A DNA stretch of 64,000 nt from the IMG/VR virus record IMGVR_UViG_3300017773_000003; one strand, given 5' to 3'. Within the stretch, counting starts at the first letter, position 1, and every line of letters begins with the position of its first letter. Both the position numbers and the translations under genes were made by a program. The notes beneath the pieces are model-generated. The model did no database searches. It was not told where the DNA came from and worked only from the letters and a program-made list of their open reading frames with translations. This DNA is from an uncultured virus (IMG/VR IMGVR_UViG_3300017773_000003). Taxonomy: Duplodnaviria; Heunggongvirae; Uroviricota; Caudoviricetes. Shown here piece by piece: positions 46,928 to 56,628 of the stretch.

Positions 46928-48905
46928 ATTTAAAAACATAAATAGAATTAGACCTGCAGCCGTACACTTTGAAAAGTACGGCTTTTATACTAGCGCCCTA
47001 CCAGGTACTCGTGAGTATTATACTTATTGGGATGGAGAAAAAGAGCGTTGCTTGTATGGTTATACTGCTGATGAGGGCACCGAAGATGCCCTTTACGTCA
47101 CTGGGTTCCACTATTTTTATTTAAACTATTGCCCAATTGATAGAGCAGTAGATGAAGTTATGCCTGATGGATCTGTCCAGTCTAAACGTGAAAGAACATT
47201 CCCTTCATTTTATGATGGAGATCACGATTACTTTACACAAATAGATGCGGCTAGAGCTAGTAACCGTCATATGGTCGTGCTTAAAGCTCGTCGTAAAGGG
47301 TACTCATACAAAGCTGGGTCTATGTTAGCTCGGAATTATTTCTTTGTAAAAAACTCCAAAAACTTTGTATTTGCAGGACAAAAAGAATACCTTATTGGTG
47401 ATGGGCTCTTATCTAAAGCTTGGGAGTTCTTATCTTTTATAGATGACAACACTGCATGGGCTCAGCCTCGTCTAAGAGACAGAGAGATGAGTAAAATGTC
47501 AGGATATAAGAAAAAAATTAATGGTATTGAGATAGAGTTAGGTATGAAATCCCAAATTATGGGTGTATCTCTAAAAGACAACCCCGACAAGGTGAGGGGA
47601 AAGGCCGGTGAACTTGTATTCTTTGAGGAAGCCGGTTCCTTTCCCGGATTACTAAAAGCTTGGGAGGTAACAATGCCTACAATGCGTCAAGGTGCTAAAA
47701 CATTAGGGCTTATGATTGCATTTGGTACAGGTGGTACAGAAGGTGCAGACTTTGAAGCTATGGAAGAAATATTTTATAACCCTGCAGCATATGACTGTAT
47801 GGATTATACTAATGTTTGGGATGAAGGATCTATGGGTACTAAATGTGGGTATTTCGTTCCTATATATAAAAACTTAGATGGGTTTATTGATAAAAATGGA
47901 AACTCATTAAGAGAAAAAGCAGTTTCTCATGAAGAAAGTATGAGAGATAAAAAGAAAGGAGCTGCCGATGCTAAGTCTTTAGATCAATATATAGCAGAAC
48001 ACCCTTTTTCTCCTCAAGAAGCTACATTACAAGTAACTGCAAATCTATTTGATGTAGCAACTTTACAAGAGCAATATAACTATGTGAAATCTAGGGGATT
48101 ACATTCTTTAGGTACACTAGGTAAATTGTATCACGACGCTAAAGGTAAAGTAAAGTTTAAGATGGATGGAGATTTAAAACAAATCTTACGGTATCCTCAC
48201 AGGCGAGAAGATGATAACACTGGGGGAGTAGTTATATATGAATCTCCGTATAAAAATACTAAACAGCAGGTTCCTATGAACATGTATGTTATTTGTCATG
48301 ACCCGTACGGCCAAAATCAATCTGCTGATAGCACATCTTTAGGTGCAGCGTATGTAATTAAACGTCCAAACAATATTTCTAGTCCGGACGATATGATTGT
48401 AGCTAGCTATGTAGGCCGTCCTAACACATCTGATGATTACAATAGAACATTATTTATGTTAGCTGATTATTATGGGTGTAAGATAGGATTTGAAAATGAT
48501 CGAGGAGAAGTTATTGCTTTTGCTAAACGATATAGAAAGCTGCATAAACTTCAAGAAGAGTTTGAGATGCTAGACAAAAAAGAGTTAAGAAGTAAGACTG
48601 TTAAACGTCAGTATGGTATGCATATGACGGAACAAAGAAAAAGACAAGGAGAAATATATATTAGAGACTGGTTAATGACCCCAAGGGGATCTGATGAAGA
48701 TGGGAATAAAACATTAAATTTACACAAAATTTATGATTTAGCATTTTTACAAGAATTAATTAAGTTTAATCATCACGGTAACTTTGATAGAGTTATGGCG
48801 TTTATGATAGGTATGTACCACACTAGAGAGCTTTATAATGCAGAAGTAAAAGATATTTTAGAGGATAGATCCGCAGATGCGTGGTTTGACGCTAACTACT
48901 ATTAA
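46920..48905 (+). CDS. terL: Terminase large subunit
   Basis: LKARRKGYS (Walker A), FFEEAG (Walker B), FGTGG, nuclease ICHDPY and C-terminal GNFDRVMA. Confidence 0.95.
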   Translation: MLKFKNINRIRPAAVHFEKYGFYTSALPGTREYYTYWDGEKERCLYGYTADEGTEDALYVTGFHYFYLNYCPIDRAVDEVMPDGSVQSKRERTFPSFYDGDHDYFTQIDAARASNRHMVVLKARRKGYSYKAGSMLARNYFFVKNSKNFVFAGQKEYLIGDGLLSKAWEFLSFIDDNTAWAQPRLRDREMSKMSGYKKKINGIEIELGMKSQIMGVSLKDNPDKVRGKAGELVFFEEAGSFPGLLKAWEVTMPTMRQGAKTLGLMIAFGTGGTEGADFEAMEEIFYNPAAYDCMDYTNVWDEGSMGTKCGYFVPIYKNLDGFIDKNGNSLREKAVSHEESMRDKKKGAADAKSLDQYIAEHPFSPQEATLQVTANLFDVATLQEQYNYVKSRGLHSLGTLGKLYHDAKGKVKFKMDGDLKQILRYPHRREDDNTGGVVIYESPYKNTKQQVPMNMYVICHDPYGQNQSADSTSLGAAYVIKRPNNISSPDDMIVASYVGRPNTSDDYNRTLFMLADYYGCKIGFENDRGEVIAFAKRYRKLHKLQEEFEMLDKKELRSKTVKRQYGMHMTEQRKRQGEIYIRDWLMTPRGSDEDGNKTLNLHKIYDLAFLQELIKFNHHGNFDRVMAFMIGMYHTRELYNAEVKDILEDRSADAWFDANYY

Positions 48906-48975
48906 TGGCATATTTATAAATATAAAAGAAATTTTTATAACTATTTTATAATAGGCTTAAAATTTCTTAAATTTG
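48905..48975 (+). promoter_or_regulatory. Late promoter: ATGGCATATTTATAA ... TAAATTTG (-7)
   Basis: TAnnTTTG at 48968-48975, 7 nt before the portal ATG. The upstream motif starts 63 nt earlier. Confidence 0.65.
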
Positions 48976-48982
48976 TTCGATT

Positions 48983-51283
48983 ATGAGCTACGATAATTTA
49001 CCAAGACAAAAACTTCCTATTAAACAAAAAAATAAGAAGTGGAGAGAAGAGTGCGTAGATGGATATATAAATTTATCTGCTAATACCTCTTCATTCTCAA
49101 AAAGACGAGACGATTTACGACGTTTTTATGATATGTACAATGGTTACATAGAAGACAGCGATTATAGTCAGCTATTAAAGCCGTACGGAAAAACTAGAAA
49201 AAATTTCCCATCTACTTTACGTAACTTCCCTATTATTAAGCCTATTATAGATTTATTATTAGGAGAGAAAGCTAAACGTCCTTTAAATTTTAGTGTTAGC
49301 GTGCTAAATGGAAACGCAGTAACTAGAAAAGAAGAAGCTAAGAACGAGGCTATATATAGAAATTTACAACAACATTTTTCTAATAAAGCTGCAGAAGCTG
49401 GTATTGATACAGGCATGGATCCAGCAGAAGTAGAGTTACCTCAGCAGTTAGAAGAGCTATTTAATAATACTTACGTAGATAATAGAGCTATTATGGGGCA
49501 AAATGCCTTAAGCTATATAATGGCTAGAGAAGAAGTTAAAGATAAATTAGATAAAGCTTGGTTTCATTATTTAGTATCTGGTGAAGTATACACACACAGA
49601 GGTGTAAGAGGAGGAGATCCTTTTTATGAAGTTTTAAACCCTGTAGATGTAGATTATGATTTAGATCCAGATTTAGAATTTGTTGAAGATGGTGATTGGG
49701 CTTTAGTGCGCAAGTTTGTTCACGCATCAACTATAATTGACCATTATCATGAGTTTTTATCTGAAGAAGAAATAGTTAGTCTAGAAGAGCCACACGGAAT
49801 GGGTAACTCTCATATACCTTGGTTATCTGTAGGTGCTACAGGTCCTAATGCTAATCAATTTAATAATAGATTAATTGAAGTTATAAATATCTACTGGAAA
49901 TCTAGAAAACGAATAGGGTTTGTAACTTATATGGATCAGGAAACAGGAGAAACAGAAGAAATAGAAGTAGAAGATGGATTTAGAATGCCTAAAGAGCTTA
50001 AAGAGCAAGGTGGTAAATTAGAATGGTTGTGGGTAAATGAAGTTTGGAAAGGTACTAAAATTGATGGTAGAATTTTTGTAGATATTAATCCTGTACCTAA
50101 TCAAAGACAATCTTTAGAAAATCCTTCTATTTGTAAGTTACCGATTAATGGTAGAAGATATTCTGATATTAATTCTGACAATATATCTCTTGTATCATTA
50201 GGTATACCTTATCAATTAACATATAATGTGTATAAATATCGGCTCGAGCTCGCTATCGCTCGCTCAAAAGATATTATTGCACAATTTGATATTAACATGA
50301 TTCCAAAAAAATGGGACATGGATAAATTTATGTATTATGTGGAAGGTACTGGTATCGCATGGGTTGATTACAATAAAGAAGGTGTTCAGCTTTCTCCTCA
50401 GCATCAATCAGTTCTTGATATGTCTATTAAGACTATTGAGCAATACATAGCTCTGCTAGATACGATAATGCAGGAGTGGGAGAAACTTTCAGGAGTAAAC
50501 AGACAGCGTCAAGGAGAGGTTGGAGCTTATGAAGGTAAGTCTACATCTCAACAAGCTATTATACAGTCATCACATATTACTGAAGATTTATTCCGTAAGT
50601 TTGGTAGAATGGAGCAAAGAGATTTACAAGCTTTATTAGATTATTCTAAAGAAGCTTGGTTAACTGGTAAAAAAGCTTCATTTATTATGCCTGACGGAGC
50701 TACAGAATTTCTTGATCTAGAGACTATGGAGCATATGGAAGCTGAATACGGTATATGGGTAACTGATTCTGGGGAAGAAACTGAGAAGTTAGAAATAGCT
50801 AAACAAATGAGTCAAGCTATGATTCAAAATGGATTACCAGCATCAGCAGTACTTGAAATGCTAGATAGTAAAAACTTTGCGCAAATTAAGTCTAAATTAA
50901 AAGCAGCTGAGGCTCAACAAGAAGAATTAGCTCAACAGCAGCAAAAAGCAGAGCAAGAACAAGCTCAGATGCAAATGCAGATGGAAGAAGCTAAACTAGA
51001 AAATGAAAACATGAATAAAGAAAAAGATCGTGAAACTCAAATTGCGGTTGCTGAAATTCATGCAGGATTAACATCTGGTAAAAACGAAAATGATGCTATT
51101 GCTAAAGATAGAGAGCTAGATATAAAAGAACAAGAACTTGGTATTAAAGAGCAAGATATTTCTGAAAAAGGACGGGCAAATAAAGCAAAAGAAAATAACG
51201 ACAAGGTTAAAATATCAGAAGATTCTAAGAACGAAGATAAAAAGCTTAAGGCCGCTAAGAAAAAAGAAGCTACTAAAGGATGA
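48983..51283 (+). CDS. Portal protein
   Basis: 766 aa after TerL. LPRQKLP...K...W, NFPIIKPIIDLLLGE and SGVNRQRQG motifs with a Q/E-rich coiled-coil C-terminus, typical of crAss-like portals. Confidence 0.9.
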   Translation: MSYDNLPRQKLPIKQKNKKWREECVDGYINLSANTSSFSKRRDDLRRFYDMYNGYIEDSDYSQLLKPYGKTRKNFPSTLRNFPIIKPIIDLLLGEKAKRPLNFSVSVLNGNAVTRKEEAKNEAIYRNLQQHFSNKAAEAGIDTGMDPAEVELPQQLEELFNNTYVDNRAIMGQNALSYIMAREEVKDKLDKAWFHYLVSGEVYTHRGVRGGDPFYEVLNPVDVDYDLDPDLEFVEDGDWALVRKFVHASTIIDHYHEFLSEEEIVSLEEPHGMGNSHIPWLSVGATGPNANQFNNRLIEVINIYWKSRKRIGFVTYMDQETGETEEIEVEDGFRMPKELKEQGGKLEWLWVNEVWKGTKIDGRIFVDINPVPNQRQSLENPSICKLPINGRRYSDINSDNISLVSLGIPYQLTYNVYKYRLELAIARSKDIIAQFDINMIPKKWDMDKFMYYVEGTGIAWVDYNKEGVQLSPQHQSVLDMSIKTIEQYIALLDTIMQEWEKLSGVNRQRQGEVGAYEGKSTSQQAIIQSSHITEDLFRKFGRMEQRDLQALLDYSKEAWLTGKKASFIMPDGATEFLDLETMEHMEAEYGIWVTDSGEETEKLEIAKQMSQAMIQNGLPASAVLEMLDSKNFAQIKSKLKAAEAQQEELAQQQQKAEQEQAQMQMQMEEAKLENENMNKEKDRETQIAVAEIHAGLTSGKNENDAIAKDRELDIKEQELGIKEQDISEKGRANKAKENNDKVKISEDSKNEDKKLKAAKKKEATKG

Positions 51284-52995
51284 TGGATACAGCGAGTAAA
51301 CTAGACTTAATAAGACAGTCCATGGCAGGCGAGCTAGGCAAACCTGTGTATGAAGCTATACAAGAAGGAGGCGCGCAAACGCAATCTCCTGAAGGTAATA
51401 TGCCTTCCCCTGAAATGCCAGAAACTCCAGTAGCCCCTCCGGCATCTCCATCTTTTTCCACTCAAATTTATGACAAAAAAGGAGAATTAGTTACTCCATC
51501 TACTTCTGGTGTAGGATTAAATCAAACTATGGGATCTAAATCTGGTAGTATGATTCAGCCTGGTCAATATGAAGACGGAGGTATTAAAGATTGGTTATTA
51601 TCTAAAGCTAGAGAAATTAAAACTAGCTTACATTCTGATGCATCCCCAAATGCAAAAAAAGCTATTCGTGAAGAAAAAGAATCATTTGATAATCCTCGAG
51701 AAGGCGATCCGCAATGGTATGGAACTACTGGGGGGTCTATGGATGCCTTTAGGCATTCTTATGCTACAGCTTTAAATGTAAAAGAGCACGGATTAAAAGG
51801 TATTATTGCTCCTATGGGCCACGAATTTGAAGCTCTTATCAACCCAGAAAAAAGAGCTGCCTATGCAAAAGATATAAAAGATGGTAAACCTGTTACATCT
51901 ATATTAAAAGAATCATATCAAGATATATATAATAATTTAGTAGGTGCTTACATTGGATACACATCAGATAGTGATGAAGAAGCTAGAAAAAGAATTGTAG
52001 AAAAAATAAAAGATAAAGATTTACTTTTTAATGATGAAGAATATATTAAAAAGAATATACACCCTTTTAAAGATAAAAAAAATCACGGAGGCTTAAGAAA
52101 AAAATTTAAAAGTGGTGGCAGGCCAACTGGTAAAAAAAGTATTACAGAGCTACAGAAGCATTTAACTTCAGAAGGTTATGATGTAGGTAAAGCTGGATCT
52201 GATGGTATATGGGGTAAAGACACACAAGCTGCATATGATAAATATACTGCCAGAGCTAATAACAAAGGAATTACTGGGTATATGGCAGGCCCTGTTAAAG
52301 TGTCTCAATCTACGCAATCTTATTTTCAATACTTAGCTAACGCTGCTCTACAACACTATGGGTTTGTAGGAGATAAAGAGTCTTTTTTTGATGTAGATGA
52401 AGATGATCTTAGAAGAGATGAACTAACGACGTACAAATCAATGCTTAGAACTAACCTTGATAATAAGAAAAAAGGTAAAATAGATTACAGAGACTATAGT
52501 GATGATCCTAACATAACTAAGGCTCCGTCGTCTAGTGCGGCGTTAGAAAAACTTAAAGGAAAAGGTATTACAAACATTTTAGTAAAAGATGCTTTACCGT
52601 TTCAAGGGCAAGGGGCAACAAAAGAAGCTTTACATGCTTTAACTGGAAATGCCTCTTACACATATGACAGCGAAACAGGCACTGTACATGTTCAAGATAA
52701 TTATGATTTTAATAAAAGTCAAAGGGAAGTAAAGAAAACTGGAGCATCGCTTTCAGACATATATAACCAAATAACTAAAGGTAAATACGATAATCTATGG
52801 TCAAATGCGCATTCTGCAGGGGATCATATAAAATCTAGGATGCCTGTAGATATAAATTTAGGTAGTGCTACGGATTTAGGGCTTACTCCTGAAGAAATGA
52901 GATCGTTGCGTAAGTATAATCCTACAGCTTCTGGAGTTACAAAAGTTAATATGTTGGATATGGCTAAAAATAAAATTATGTCATATTTTGATTAA
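51280..52995 (+). CDS. Modular accessory protein: DAFRH...HE...NN domain, peptidoglycan-binding domain, C-terminal DxYDFN domain
   Basis: PG_binding_1-like ITELQKHLTSEGYDVG...DGIWGKDTQAAY. Other motifs are described in the findings. Confidence 0.65.
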   Translation: MMDTASKLDLIRQSMAGELGKPVYEAIQEGGAQTQSPEGNMPSPEMPETPVAPPASPSFSTQIYDKKGELVTPSTSGVGLNQTMGSKSGSMIQPGQYEDGGIKDWLLSKAREIKTSLHSDASPNAKKAIREEKESFDNPREGDPQWYGTTGGSMDAFRHSYATALNVKEHGLKGIIAPMGHEFEALINPEKRAAYAKDIKDGKPVTSILKESYQDIYNNLVGAYIGYTSDSDEEARKRIVEKIKDKDLLFNDEEYIKKNIHPFKDKKNHGGLRKKFKSGGRPTGKKSITELQKHLTSEGYDVGKAGSDGIWGKDTQAAYDKYTARANNKGITGYMAGPVKVSQSTQSYFQYLANAALQHYGFVGDKESFFDVDEDDLRRDELTTYKSMLRTNLDNKKKGKIDYRDYSDDPNITKAPSSSAALEKLKGKGITNILVKDALPFQGQGATKEALHALTGNASYTYDSETGTVHVQDNYDFNKSQREVKKTGASLSDIYNQITKGKYDNLWSNAHSAGDHIKSRMPVDINLGSATDLGLTPEEMRSLRKYNPTASGVTKVNMLDMAKNKIMSYFD

Positions 52996-52996
52996 A

Positions 52997-53067
52997 GTGC
53001 TATATAATAATAACACCTAAGAAAACTACCTAATGTGTAAAAGTATTAAGTATATTATTTATTTTTG
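52997..53067 (+). promoter_or_regulatory. Late promoter: GTGCTATATAATAAT ... TATTTTTG (-7)
   Basis: TAnnTTTG at 53060-53067 upstream of the scaffold-MCP operon. The upstream motif starts 63 nt earlier. Confidence 0.65.
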
Positions 53068-53088
53068 TTAACATAAAAACCAACCAAT

Positions 53089-54180
53089 ATGAATGAAGAA
53101 CACGATGAAATTGCGTTAGACGACATCACTATAGACGATGTTGTTGCTGCGGAACCTGAAGATCCAATAACAGACGGTATTGATCTGCCAGATGCAGAAC
53201 CTGTTAAAGAAGAGGTGGAAGATGTTCAAGATGATCCTGAAGATGAGCCTGAAGAAGGCGAAGAGGAAATAGAAGAACAACCTGAAGAAGATCAGGAAGA
53301 AGAAGAAGAGCTAGAAGAATCAGAGGATGATGGTGCTGAACCAACTGTAGTTTCTGAAATTTTAGAAAAATTAGGGTATGAACCATCAGATCAATATGAT
53401 GATACTCCTGAAGGACTTCTTCAAATGACTAAGGATGTATCATCTCAGCTAGCTGATGATAGAATGGATGAAGTTTTAAATAACTTCCCGTTAGTAAAAC
53501 AACATTTAGAATATGTTTTACAAGGAGGCCAGTCTAATCAATTTATGGCTGCGCATGACCCAAGAGCGGATTATGCAGAGTTTCAGTTAAATGAAAATGA
53601 TACAGCTTCGCAAAAAGTAATTTTAAGTAATTATTTAGAGCTAAAAGGTCATGATAAAGAGTTTACAAATGAGTTACTAGAAGATTATGAAGATTCTGGT
53701 AAATTATTTAAAAAGGCTGCTGCGGCCAAAGATGCTTTAAGTAAGTATCAAACGCAGCAACGTGAGGCTATGTATGAGCAGCAACGTGAAGAGACAGTAA
53801 GACAGGAAGAGCAACAACAGGAATTTTGGTCTGGAGTTGCAGATACTATTAAAGGGTCTCAAGAATTTGCTGGAATTACAATACCGGAAAGAGAAAAATC
53901 AAAGTTTTTTAACTACATTTCTCAACCTGTAAACAACGAAGGTCACACACAAAGAGATCTAGATCACACTGATGCAGATATGGATGTGAAGCTAGCAATT
54001 GATTACTTAATGTACAAAGGTTTTAATCTTAATGATATGATCAATAAGAAAGCAAGTACAAAAAGTGTCAGAACATTGAGAGATAAAATTTCTGGTAGAG
54101 AAGAAAGCGTTAAAAGCGCGAGAAGAGCTCAGAGAAGAACCACGAAATTTGATGTTGATGATTTAGATCTTACTATTTAA
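53089..54180 (+). CDS. Capsid scaffolding-like protein
   Basis: Very acidic N-terminus, coiled coil, directly upstream of the MCP. Confidence 0.7.
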   Translation: MNEEHDEIALDDITIDDVVAAEPEDPITDGIDLPDAEPVKEEVEDVQDDPEDEPEEGEEEIEEQPEEDQEEEEELEESEDDGAEPTVVSEILEKLGYEPSDQYDDTPEGLLQMTKDVSSQLADDRMDEVLNNFPLVKQHLEYVLQGGQSNQFMAAHDPRADYAEFQLNENDTASQKVILSNYLELKGHDKEFTNELLEDYEDSGKLFKKAAAAKDALSKYQTQQREAMYEQQREETVRQEEQQQEFWSGVADTIKGSQEFAGITIPEREKSKFFNYISQPVNNEGHTQRDLDHTDADMDVKLAIDYLMYKGFNLNDMINKKASTKSVRTLRDKISGREESVKSARRAQRRTTKFDVDDLDLTI

Positions 54181-54223
54181 TAACGGCAATATTTAAACTT
54201 TGCATATATAAAATTCATTAATA

Positions 54224-55666
54224 ATGGCGAAAACAGGAACAAACATCAGCGTGCAGAAGGCGTTTTATAACGATTCTCAAATGACTGACATGAACAGTCT
54301 TGCTAATGCTCTGTTGTCTAAGCCTACTGAATTGTCACCAATCATTACCCATTTAGCGGGTAAAGAAGATAAACGTTTTCCACTTTCTTTCTTAACTGAA
54401 GGTGTTGGTAACGTAAAATCCATTGATCGATTGGAATACGAATACCGTGTTAAGACTCATTCTTTAAAGACTAGACCACTAGCAGCAGCAGCAGCAGGTA
54501 GTAACCACGGATTAGGTGGTGGAACTTTTAAATTAGTATTCCCAGATAAATGGTTTGTATTTCCTTACGTTTTAGTAAACGGAGCAGGAGAACAAGTACG
54601 AATTATGGCGGAACCTAAGCAAGTTGCAAATGGCTATGAGTATTTAGTACGATTAGTTAACCCAGACGTAACAGCTAAATTAACAGCTGGAAATACAGTG
54701 GGATCTCTTTGGGCGCAAATGTATGCACCAGTAGGAGTTGACTTCTCGCGTGGGAACGCAGCTAACTGGGAGACTCCAGGTAGAGTTCGTAACAAGATTG
54801 GTACAATTCGTAAATCATACCACATGTCTGGTAACGCTAAAGATTTTGTAGCAGAATTCTCTCTTCCTAAGAAAGGTGGCGGATCTACAAAACTTTGGAT
54901 GGACTACGAAGAGTATACTCACATGCTTAACTTTAAAGAAGAGTGTGAAATGTACTACTGGTACGGACAAAAAACTTATGACGCAAAAGGTTCAACTCAA
55001 ATGAAAGATGAGAATGGACAACCCGTTGTAATTGGACCAGGTCTATTAGAGCAAATCGTAAATCGCGATACTTACTCTACTTTGACTGAGTCTAAAATTA
55101 AAAATATCATTGGTGACTTATTCTACGGAATGTCAGACGCCAATGCTAAGCAAGTTACTTTGTACACAGGTACTGGTGGGGCTCGTGAATTTGACGAAGC
55201 TCTTAAAGGACACTTTGGTGACAATGCTAACTCGTGGAAAGTAGGTGGTGAAAATCGTTTCATCACAGGTTCCGGTCGTTCTTTAGGTATGTCTGGTTAC
55301 TTTACTTCTTATGAGCACATTGATGGTCATACAGTAAATGTAGTTAAATTACCTTTATTCGATCACGGTCCTATCGCACAAGCTCGTGCAAAGCACCCTG
55401 TTACAGGTTATTCTCTTGAATCTTACCGTATGGTATTTGTTGATCAATCTAATTACGATGGTCAATCAAATCTACAAATGATCTCTAAGAAAGGTCGTGA
55501 GATGATGAGATGGTGTGTAGCTGGTTCTGTTGTACCTCGTGGATTTGACTCTGGTTCTGCTAGAGCTTCTGACGTGGATGGTGCATCGGTACATATGTTG
55601 AAAACAGCAGGTATTATCTTGAAGAGATTTGATACTTCGCTTGACATCACATGTGTAGCATCTTAA
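54224..55666 (+). CDS. Major capsid protein (crAss-like)
   Basis: 480 aa, highly biased codon usage, TDMNSLANAL, FPLSFLTEG, GPGLLEQI, YTGTGG and SDVDG motifs. Follows the scaffold and is followed by a terminator. Confidence 0.9.
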   Translation: MAKTGTNISVQKAFYNDSQMTDMNSLANALLSKPTELSPIITHLAGKEDKRFPLSFLTEGVGNVKSIDRLEYEYRVKTHSLKTRPLAAAAAGSNHGLGGGTFKLVFPDKWFVFPYVLVNGAGEQVRIMAEPKQVANGYEYLVRLVNPDVTAKLTAGNTVGSLWAQMYAPVGVDFSRGNAANWETPGRVRNKIGTIRKSYHMSGNAKDFVAEFSLPKKGGGSTKLWMDYEEYTHMLNFKEECEMYYWYGQKTYDAKGSTQMKDENGQPVVIGPGLLEQIVNRDTYSTLTESKIKNIIGDLFYGMSDANAKQVTLYTGTGGAREFDEALKGHFGDNANSWKVGGENRFITGSGRSLGMSGYFTSYEHIDGHTVNVVKLPLFDHGPIAQARAKHPVTGYSLESYRMVFVDQSNYDGQSNLQMISKKGREMMRWCVAGSVVPRGFDSGSARASDVDGASVHMLKTAGIILKRFDTSLDITCVAS

Positions 55667-55710
55667 TAAGGCGTTAATCGCGTGTCTATATATTGGTTTT
55701 TGGTTGAGTT

Positions 55711-55743
55711 GTGGGGGAGTGATCCCCCACTTCTTTAACTTTT
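55711..55743 (+). terminator. Intrinsic terminator after MCP
   Basis: GTGGGGGA-GTGA-TCCCCCAC (8 bp, GNRA loop) followed by TTCTTTAACTTTT. Confidence 0.85.
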
Positions 55744-55798
55744 AAATAGAGGGACGTATTCTTTGTACCTCATCCTAACAAGTAAAGAACATAAAATT

Positions 55799-56608
55799 AT
55801 GAGTAAAAAAATTGTTATTCGACGTAAGGAGATTCATAATCACTTACCGAAAGAGATAAGAGCGGAAGCTATATCAAAGTTAAGTAGTGTCTTTGTAAAT
55901 AGACAACCACTTAAAGGGTTTAACCCAACAGATGAAAAAAAATATTTGAACGGAATTTTAGATGTTACACCAGATCATGTTGACTGGCCGAAACATACAA
56001 AGTTATTCTGGGCAGAGCTAACAATTCCAGTAGGATTTACAGGAGTTGAATTAGAAATAGGAAAGCATGAAAATGGAGATCCTATTAATATAATGGATTT
56101 TATTAAGTATAGTTTTGCTATTAAGCATCCTCAAGTAGGAATGACTGAAAACGAAATGAATAATAAAGGTGGTAGATTTTATATCTACGATACTAATAGA
56201 GACGAAATGAAACGTTTCAATGATATTCAAGTACGAAAAGATGCAGATAAAGAATATATCAAAGTATCTTCAGATTTGAAAAACATGAAAAGAATCTTAC
56301 GTCTAATGAGCAAAAATGTTAATCCTGACACTTTGGGTCATGAACAAGTAGAAAACGCCTTATATGATCTAAAATCATCTGATCCTAAGAAATTTTTAAA
56401 GATAGCTCAGGATAAGAACTTAGAAATGAAAGCTGAAATAGATGAAATGATTTCTTCTGGAATTTTAAGACGTATTGGAAATCAAGTTATTTTTATAGAT
56501 GAAATACTTGGTGAAACAACAGAAGATACTGTGATCTATTTGAAAAACAAAAAGAACTCAGGAAAACTAACAACTTTAAGAGCAAAACTTAAAGAAGTAG
56601 CAATTTAA
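55799..56608 (+). CDS. Conserved crAss-like structural/assembly protein downstream of MCP (start moved to ATG 55799)
   Basis: Called from position and size. No catalytic motif recognised. Confidence 0.65.
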   Translation: MSKKIVIRRKEIHNHLPKEIRAEAISKLSSVFVNRQPLKGFNPTDEKKYLNGILDVTPDHVDWPKHTKLFWAELTIPVGFTGVELEIGKHENGDPINIMDFIKYSFAIKHPQVGMTENEMNNKGGRFYIYDTNRDEMKRFNDIQVRKDADKEYIKVSSDLKNMKRILRLMSKNVNPDTLGHEQVENALYDLKSSDPKKFLKIAQDKNLEMKAEIDEMISSGILRRIGNQVIFIDEILGETTEDTVIYLKNKKNSGKLTTLRAKLKEVAI

Positions 56609-56628
56609 TGTAATGGAATAATATACTA

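Noticed and set aside
54481..54496. (GCA)n microsatellite in MCP
   Set aside because: It simply encodes a short poly-Ala run in frame.
375..55650. Many short ORF-track entries antisense to or nested in long genes (e.g. 2651-2947, 23216-23647, 39141-39509, 44070-44267, 46305-46967)
   Set aside because: These are shadow ORFs overlapping well-supported genes, with atypical composition and no motifs.
38430..55666. Introns or inteins in polA, terL, portal or MCP
   Set aside because: The ORFs are continuous and of ordinary length, with no intein or homing-endonuclease motifs.
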